A stretch of DNA of 56,986 bases, filler included, from Basidioascus undulatus (taxonomy: Eukaryota): NCBI GenBank assembly GCA_000826855.1. It is 4 parts of 4 records of this genome, joined end to end, with 100 filler letters (N's around TTAATTAATTAA, not from the genome) between each part and the next. Parts side by side here need not be neighbours in the genome. Positions count along the whole stretch, not along the records: positions 42,843 to 56,986 come from JTLS01000756.1; 3 more parts are not named here. One strand, 5' to 3'. A model generated the notes under the pieces. That model did no database searches, was not told where the DNA came from, and saw nothing but the letters and a program-made list of their open reading frames with translations. The translations under genes and the position numbers were made by a program. This document shows, one piece after another, positions 50,320-56,986 of this stretch (within the stretch, counting starts at the first letter, position 1; every line of letters begins with the position of its first letter).

Positions 50320-52238
50320 TGCAACACACACCGTCTGCCGGTACTCCTAGTCCAAACTCGCCTCTGTCGGAGAAGTCGAATCCATCGGCGCGTTCTCCGT
50401 TCGCTGCAGCCTCTTCATCGCTCGGCCGCCTTCGCAGTCGGCTCTCCTGGACAGTTCGAGCTGGCTGCGTAAAACAACGAGACGACAAAGAGTCTCGGGA
50501 TACAGCTGTGTGTTCATGGCATGGTGACGGTCTTGCTGAAACTGCACTTACAGTCGGGCGCGAAAGTGCAGCTTAAACACCTTTTTCTCTCGCGTTTCCC
50601 TCTTCACCGTCCTCGATTCCGCTACGCTTTATGTTTCTCTCGACCTCCCCGCAAAGCATCCCGACCGCCCTCACCAACTCTGCTCTTCGCTATCTATGGC
50701 TTAGCCGCTCGCCTCTCCTACCCGCCCGTTCGCCCGCTCCAGGACGTCTTCTTGGAACGAGCCAAGGACCAGATTCGACGCGCTCTCGTGCACGGCCACA
50801 AGCTTCGATCCTGAACGCCGGAGACATCCTCACGAAGGCTCATTTCGGTCGATTGGACGTCTCCTGGGCTATGATGTACGCCGCTGCAGGTGAGGCTGCG
50901 TTGTCCTTCCGTTGGGAATCAAACCACGAAATAATAGCGCTCCACATTGCCGTCGGCCTAAATCTCCATCGCCTGAGCAGCGCGAGACTTTTGGCAGCTG
51001 TCGCTGGGCGACCACCTCCGGCCGCAGGCAGGCGAGGGGTTTCAGTTTGCCTGAAGTCCGGTCGGAGCTTTCTCAGGCGTTGACGGGGCCTCGTGAGCAG
51101 GCTGTGGCAATGCGGCTGTTCTGGGATACTTACATCGCAGAGCGAGTGTTGATCCGCAGCCTTCCGTGAGACGACATTGTGTCACTGACGGCCGGCGATC
51201 AGTCGCACCTCCTCGGCGCTTTACTCGATAACACTATCACTCACCGAGGAGGACATCACGGCCTGCTTGGGCCGGCCTGAACTTTACCCTGAGGTGAGCT
51301 TTCGGTATGCCTTCGGGAACAAGCAGGCTGCTCATTGTCCACATCATACGTTAAGGCTCGGCCGCAGACGCTCCATGACCCGGCCTCTTCACGTACCATC
51401 CCCTCTCCTCGGCGTTCTGGGTGCTAGTTAAAGCCGCGACTCTCACCGGACGCGCGGTGCAGCTCAACGGATCGCTCGACATCGCGACTGAAGCTGCCGC
51501 TGTGGACGACGAGGCGGGCCGACTACAAGCTGTGCGCGAGAGCCAGCGCGTCGGGGAGCTCGATACGCTCAAGGACGCTTTCAGGAAGAGCCTGCCGCAA
51601 TGTTTTCTTTCTCCGCCGAAGAGTTGGTTGATCAGCACGAGGAGCTCACGAGGATGGTCGCGTTGTTCGAGATCCCCTAGTGAGCTTCCTGGCTGGTCGT
51701 AGTCAGCATTTTTTTCAAGTTTTACTGACTGGCGTTCTCAGTGGAAGGTTTGTTCTTCATGACGTTCATGCTCCTCGTCTTCCGGCGTCGGCCCAAGCTT
51801 GCGCTGCGGCCGTGTCGGACATCGCTGCGCTCGTCGCCCAGCTTTCGTCGCCGGCGTACGACCTGGGAAGACTGGAGGTGAAAATCAGGGGGTCCACTCC
51901 GCGTCATATCGAAGCCGAACGCTTCTGATTCATTCAGCGTTTTCCTCAGCTTCTGCTTGGTGCGCGCCGGCGAGTATGCGGTCTGGGCTCAGCGGCACGA
52001 GGCGCGGTGGGGGCCTGCCGGCACCGTCACGAAGCTGTACGCCGCGGCGCTGCTGATAATTCAAGGCCTGCGGCGGTGCGGTGCAACATGGCCTTCGGCA
52101 GGTGCGGTGCTTTCTTGCTCTTCAAGTTTCCCGGGCGTCGCTGAATGTACTTTGACAGCGCTGCAAGCGGACAGTCTAGAAAACGCGCTTTGCGAGACCG
52201 ACGCCTCTGCTTCGCACTATCATGACCAGTTTTCGTAA
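50320..52238 (+). pseudogene. Fungal-specific transcription factor (Zn2Cys6-associated middle domain) relic
   Basis: FPLHRPRF...PSPTLLFAIYGLAARLS...VFLERA...AVGLNLHRL...REQAVAMRLFWDTYIAER...VLVKAATL...LRRCGATWPSA. Frameshift near 50810, stops near 51167 and 51376; no intact Zn2Cys6 cluster seen. 5' boundary approximate. Confidence 0.6.
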
Positions 52239-52725
52239 TTAACAGTAATTTCTAGAGCCTTTTGTTCGCGTGTGGACTGTGACGAAAGTGCTCTCCCGTT
52301 TGAAGCCATCGACGCTTCAGCATCGTGTCGTAACTTGTTCTCGACAAGGCCGCAACCTGCCTGAAATGGCGTTACTTTCCACCTCGACGGCCAATTTGCT
52401 ATTCTTGAGGCCTGCCATTAAGCAACGTCCACTCGGTTCAGCTGCCACGACCCCGACATTGAGGGGTGCACGACAGCATCGAACAAGCAATCAACAGGCT
52501 CAACATGTCGTAACCGTGCGATGCATGGCAAATCGTGCGTATGGATAGCAAAAAGCCCAGAACATGACAAGAAGCAAATGTGAGAAATCAGGAGAGGCAG
52601 GTAATGCACGGAAAGCAAAGGCATAATAAACAGGTAGCGAGTAGGATAAGTAGGGAACGAGGAAACTGTCATGGCCGTCCTGTTAGCAAAACCTTCCCTC
52701 GGCTAAAAAGGTCAAGCTAACGCAC

Positions 52726-55700
52726 TTATGCTATAGAAGCGAGATGAGCAGTGAGCGTGCCGAGCTCGTCCGACGCGACCTTGAGGAGGATCTTTGTGAA
52801 CTCCATCGCGACCGCGGGCTGCTCGCGCTCGAGACGCGCCAGGCTCGCGCTCGAGATGTGCCAGAGCGAGGCGTGCATCTCGCATGCGACTGTGCAGTTG
52901 CGCGGGCTGCCGGAAAGACCCGAGATCTCGCCCGCGACGGTGCCGGTGAGCATGCTGGCGCGGGACAAGAGCGTCAGCAAAGCTGGGAAGGATACTTGAA
53001 AGGGGACGAGACATACGTTTCGTGGACTGGCTCTTTGTGCCCATCGAAGCGGTACGAGGCGCGGAGGATGCCTTTCTCGATCAAGTACAGCCTGCACAGG
53101 TCTTCCTCTCTCATCAGCACTAGCCCGGAAGCAGATGAAACAGGGAAAACGGATAACGCACCCGTCCGGTATGTCGCCCTGCCGCCAGAGGATCTCGCCA
53201 GGCTCGATCATGATGTTGGTGAAGTACGGTGCGAGCTGCGCGTAGAACTCGTGCGACGCGTTCGAGTACGTCTTGAATGTCTGTCAAACCATCACCCTCA
53301 TTCAGTCAGTCGAAAGCGCAGGGACACCAAAGAACATTCGCTGCACGTACGCCCATGAGCAGCGGCAACGGCTGCGCAAAGTTTCTCGGCGGCGTCGGCC
53401 TTGAGAAGCCGCTGTCGGACGAGCCTGCTCGTTCGTTCCCGCCCATGAACATCGGCATGAGGTGATTCGAGCGTTCTCCAGAAAGAAGCCAAGACTGGTA
53501 GCGAACGCACGATCAGACAGAGGTTCAGGCTCGGTCGCCTTGGCCGCGTCCTGGAGGTGGATGCGCCTCGGCGAGTTGACGAACGACTCGCTCAGCCGGA
53601 ACGCCATGCCCTTGCTGCCTTGCTTGGGGAAGTCTGCAGGCCATCCGGATTCAAGGACCTTCATTTACCAAGTCTCGGTTAAGCGTAGCAGAGACAGACT
53701 ACGCACCGATACCGCCGGACGCTACGAGCGTCTGATAACGCTTTTGACTTTGCGGATGGGAGTAGAGACCACGAAGGTAGGCGTTCCTATTGGGGGCATT
53801 GCTGTGTCAGCACCGGAACAAGGGGTGAAAGAGGCCATGGCACGTACTCGACGTATTCCAGCGCATCGTTCAAGTCCTGCCACCCGCCCTCCTCGATCAG
53901 TCATCTCCGCTTCCTCCTCTCGCAGACGCCCGCGCACCTTAGCGACCTCCAACCGAACCTCGTCCCTATCAGACCAGCACCCGACGCTCCTAAGCGCGAC
54001 GCCGACCGCCGAATCGGGGCTCTCGATCCCACAGAGCACGAGCATGATGTCCCGTGCAGCGAGCAAGCGCGCGATGCGGACGAACGCCTCCGCCGCGGAG
54101 AAGTCCACGCCGGAGACAAGGCCGAGGTCGAGGATGACGAACCGCAGCGGGTTCTTGTCCCACGCTGCGGCGGCCAGCAGGTCCCGCACGGTCTCTTCGA
54201 CGACGGAGATCGTGCCTGGGGAGCGGGAGCGAGAACGATCAGGGGATGGTCGGGTTGAGCGGAAGGAAGGGAAAGGGACGCACCGAAGAATAGGAAGCCC
54301 TGCAGACGTATCACCTTCGTCTGGCTCCCGATGCGGTGGATGAAGTGCCGCTGCACCGCATGCCGCCGCACAGTCGACTTGACGCTCTCGCCGCTGAGGA
54401 GCGCGCGGATAGGCCGACGGCGGGCGTTTTGAATGACGAAGAAGAGGCCTGCGGGCGGGAGCTTTAGTTTCAAGTGAATGTCCCGCGCAGCGAAGGTGCG
54501 GTGGCTGCGTACAAGCGAGAACAATCTACGAGCGGGAAGAGTCGACAGCTTCCAGTCAGCCATGCACCGCCGACATGCAATCGGCCAAGAGCGGCCACTT
54601 ACCCCGACCAGCACCCCATAAACGAAATCAAACGCCGTCATGCCGACTGTCCCGCCCCAACCGTCCCGCACGATCAGCTCAAGTCGTCCTGTCCCCGAGC
54701 GAGGGACCGAGACGCACAGATGATCGCCCAGATCGTGAGGTACTCGAACCGGTTTACGCGGCCCCACGTTTCCCACACGGCCTCCTTGACGAGGTCGATG
54801 CCGAGGACGAAGATGAGGCTGCCGACGACCATGACAGCTGCTCTCCATACAGTGTCAGTCCCAAGAGGACGGGAACAAGGAAGACAGATGGGTGAGGGAG
54901 GATAGGGAGGGGGAAGGGAACCACGCACGCAAGTACCCGATCGGCCCCGGCCCCGCGAAGAGCACGCCCGCCGTCGCGGCCGCGAGCATGAGGCCCGAGA
55001 GCCTGCTCCCGCCGCCGACGCGGTAGTAGAGCACCGAGTTGACGTAGCAGAGGTAGTCTACCCCATGCTAACCCCAGGTCAGCTTCTATCTGCTTGCCGA
55101 TAGACTGGGGAAAGGAAGGAGAGGGTAAGGAAGAAGACGCACTGGGAACAGTACCCAGCAGCCCCGCAAGCACGTTCGAGATCCCGTGCCCGACGAGCTC
55201 CTTGTCGAGGTTCACGTTATCCTCGTTGAGTGAGATCCCGAGTGCGGGGACGTTGAGCGGGACCTGGTACGTGATCCCAGGCGTCAGCATGGAGAGCGGA
55301 GGAACTAGAGGAGTGAGGAGAAGAGGGGGGAAGGGGAGGCAGAGAGGAGGGCAGCAAGAGACGCACATGAAGAATCCCAAAGAACGTAAGAGCCAGCTGG
55401 GTCGGGATCGTCGCTGCAAGAGCCTTCCAGCTAACGGCAGTGAAATCAAAGTACGTATAAAAGCCTGTCCCACCCATCCCTCTCTTCGCATCAGCCTTCC
55501 ATCCTTCCCCCTCTCCCATTTCCCTCATCCCACTTCCCCTCTTCCTCTCTCCCGAGACGCACGGTACCAATGCGCCCCTCTCGCTGGGCCCACATCGAAC
55601 ACCCACCCCTGCTCCCTTAGCTTGCTCACGTCGAGGTGCGCAGCCGCGACGACGATGTAGAAGATTGCGGGGATGGCGAGGAAGAAGGCGGGGGTGACGA

Positions 55701-56986
55701 CCGGGTGAGACGAGAGGCGGGTGAGGACGCGGAGGAGGATCGCGAGGCACAGCGCGGGGAACCAGAGCATGAAGATGTGGAGGTTGCGGAAGACTTTGGG
55801 GGGTGCGCCCGAGGGTTCAGCGATCTCGGTTGAAGAGGTGGAAAAGAAGAAAAAGGCGAAGAAGACGAACAGAGGTTGAACGTCTCTTTCGTATACGAGA
55901 ACCCCTCCTCCTTCAACCCCGCAGTCACTTCGAGCCTGTCACCACCACCACACACATCAGCCCCCTTCCTCCCTTCCATCCTTCTTTCCTTCCTCGAGAG
56001 CCGCACGCACCCAGTCTCGAGCAAAAACACCCCCACGCCGCCGATGCACCCGACCAAAATGTGGCGCGGGAAGAAGCCGATGAGGACGCCGAGGCGCGCG
56101 CGGCCGAGGACGAAGAATGTCAGGCCTGCGCTCCACACTCCGTATTTCAGCATGGCTGTTGCGATAGCGGGATGGAGGCGGGGAGGGAATCTGACGACGG
56201 ACCAATCAGGATGGACGACAGCGCAAAGGCGACCATCGTGGTGGCTATGATCGAGTGCGCGTTTTTCTCCCCCACTTTAGCGGTGATGATTTCAGTCTGT
56301 CGCCCGCCACCTCATCCCGCAAGTCAGAATCGGAGGAGAGAAGAGGGGAGGGGAAGCAGTGGGAGAAGGGAGAGAGGGAACGCACGAGGATGTGGAAGAA
56401 CGGCACGACCTCGATCATCATGCTGCCATTGCCGCCGTGGAAGATGGACCCGCCGCAGGTGTATACGAGCTGGGAGATGATACAGCTGTTTGTCCGGGGC
56501 ATGTAAGGACGCAGTGGGACGACATGATGTTGACGGAGGGAAAGAAAAGACGAACGAGACGAAAAACATCGACACGCCGTCGCCACCGAAGCCTTCGAAG
56601 ATGGGCGACGCGGGGAACATGATCATGCGTGCAGTCCACAGCCCGTCAGTCCCCTGCCCACGCGAACTCAAAGCTCGGGTGAAGAAAGCGTGGGCAACTC
56701 ATCATACGACACGCCATCCAAGATATTGAGCAGGAGCCCGAGCACGACGGCCGGTATGAGCCTGACCGGCTCGCGCACCGCGTTCTGCATCACGTCCCCC
56801 CAGGTCCATTTCCTCATCGGCCTGAAAAAGTGGGCGATACGCGCATGCTTGGAGGGCGGTTCGCGCGGGTCGAGGGGGTCGCCGCTGGAGGCGGTGGACG
56901 AGGACGAGGCGGGCGGGGAGGCGTGGATGGTCGGGAGGAGGGAGAGAGTGCGGAGGTGGCGTGTTGAGTGCGGCGAAGTGAAGAAG
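52726..56986 (-). CDS. VSB1: SulP-family transporter with STAS and cyclic-nucleotide-binding domains (Vsb1/YGR125W-like), 5' truncated by window end
   Basis: [106 protein letters not shown], cNMP-like [30 protein letters not shown]. Confidence 0.9.

Overview
Intron-rich, GC3-high fungal DNA. Short GT-AG introns with CTRAY branch points and the gene content point to a basidiomycete, plausibly Pucciniomycotina (inference). The window is not one locus: three identical 100-nt linkers (44 N + TTAATTAATTAA + 44 N) join four segments of 14192, 14183, 14167 and 14144 bp, i.e. contigs concatenated by descending size, so synteny across linkers is meaningless. Recognisable genes: importin beta-3 (PSE1/KAP121-like, apparently C-terminally shortened), GH38 alpha-mannosidase (AMS1), the 3' part of UTP4, an EamA/DMT transporter, a DAL5-family MFS permease, a Rua1/Meu26 (DUF4451) zinc-finger protein, a DUF3445 heme N-demethylase-like protein, a partial VSB1-like SulP-STAS-cNMP transporter, and four tRNA genes (Gln, Ala, two Ile). 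There are many decayed gene relics. Best leads: (i) a spliced gene joining a SAP domain, missed by the ORF track, to a charged helix and an HPD/J-like module; (ii) a DUF3445 gene sharing a GATAA-rich divergent intergenic region with a dead MFS permease, followed by a dead fungal transcription factor; (iii) an orphan URA2 ATCase fragment beside a 22-bp repeat array; (iv) the truncated importin. All gene models were made by eye, and internal exon boundaries are approximate.
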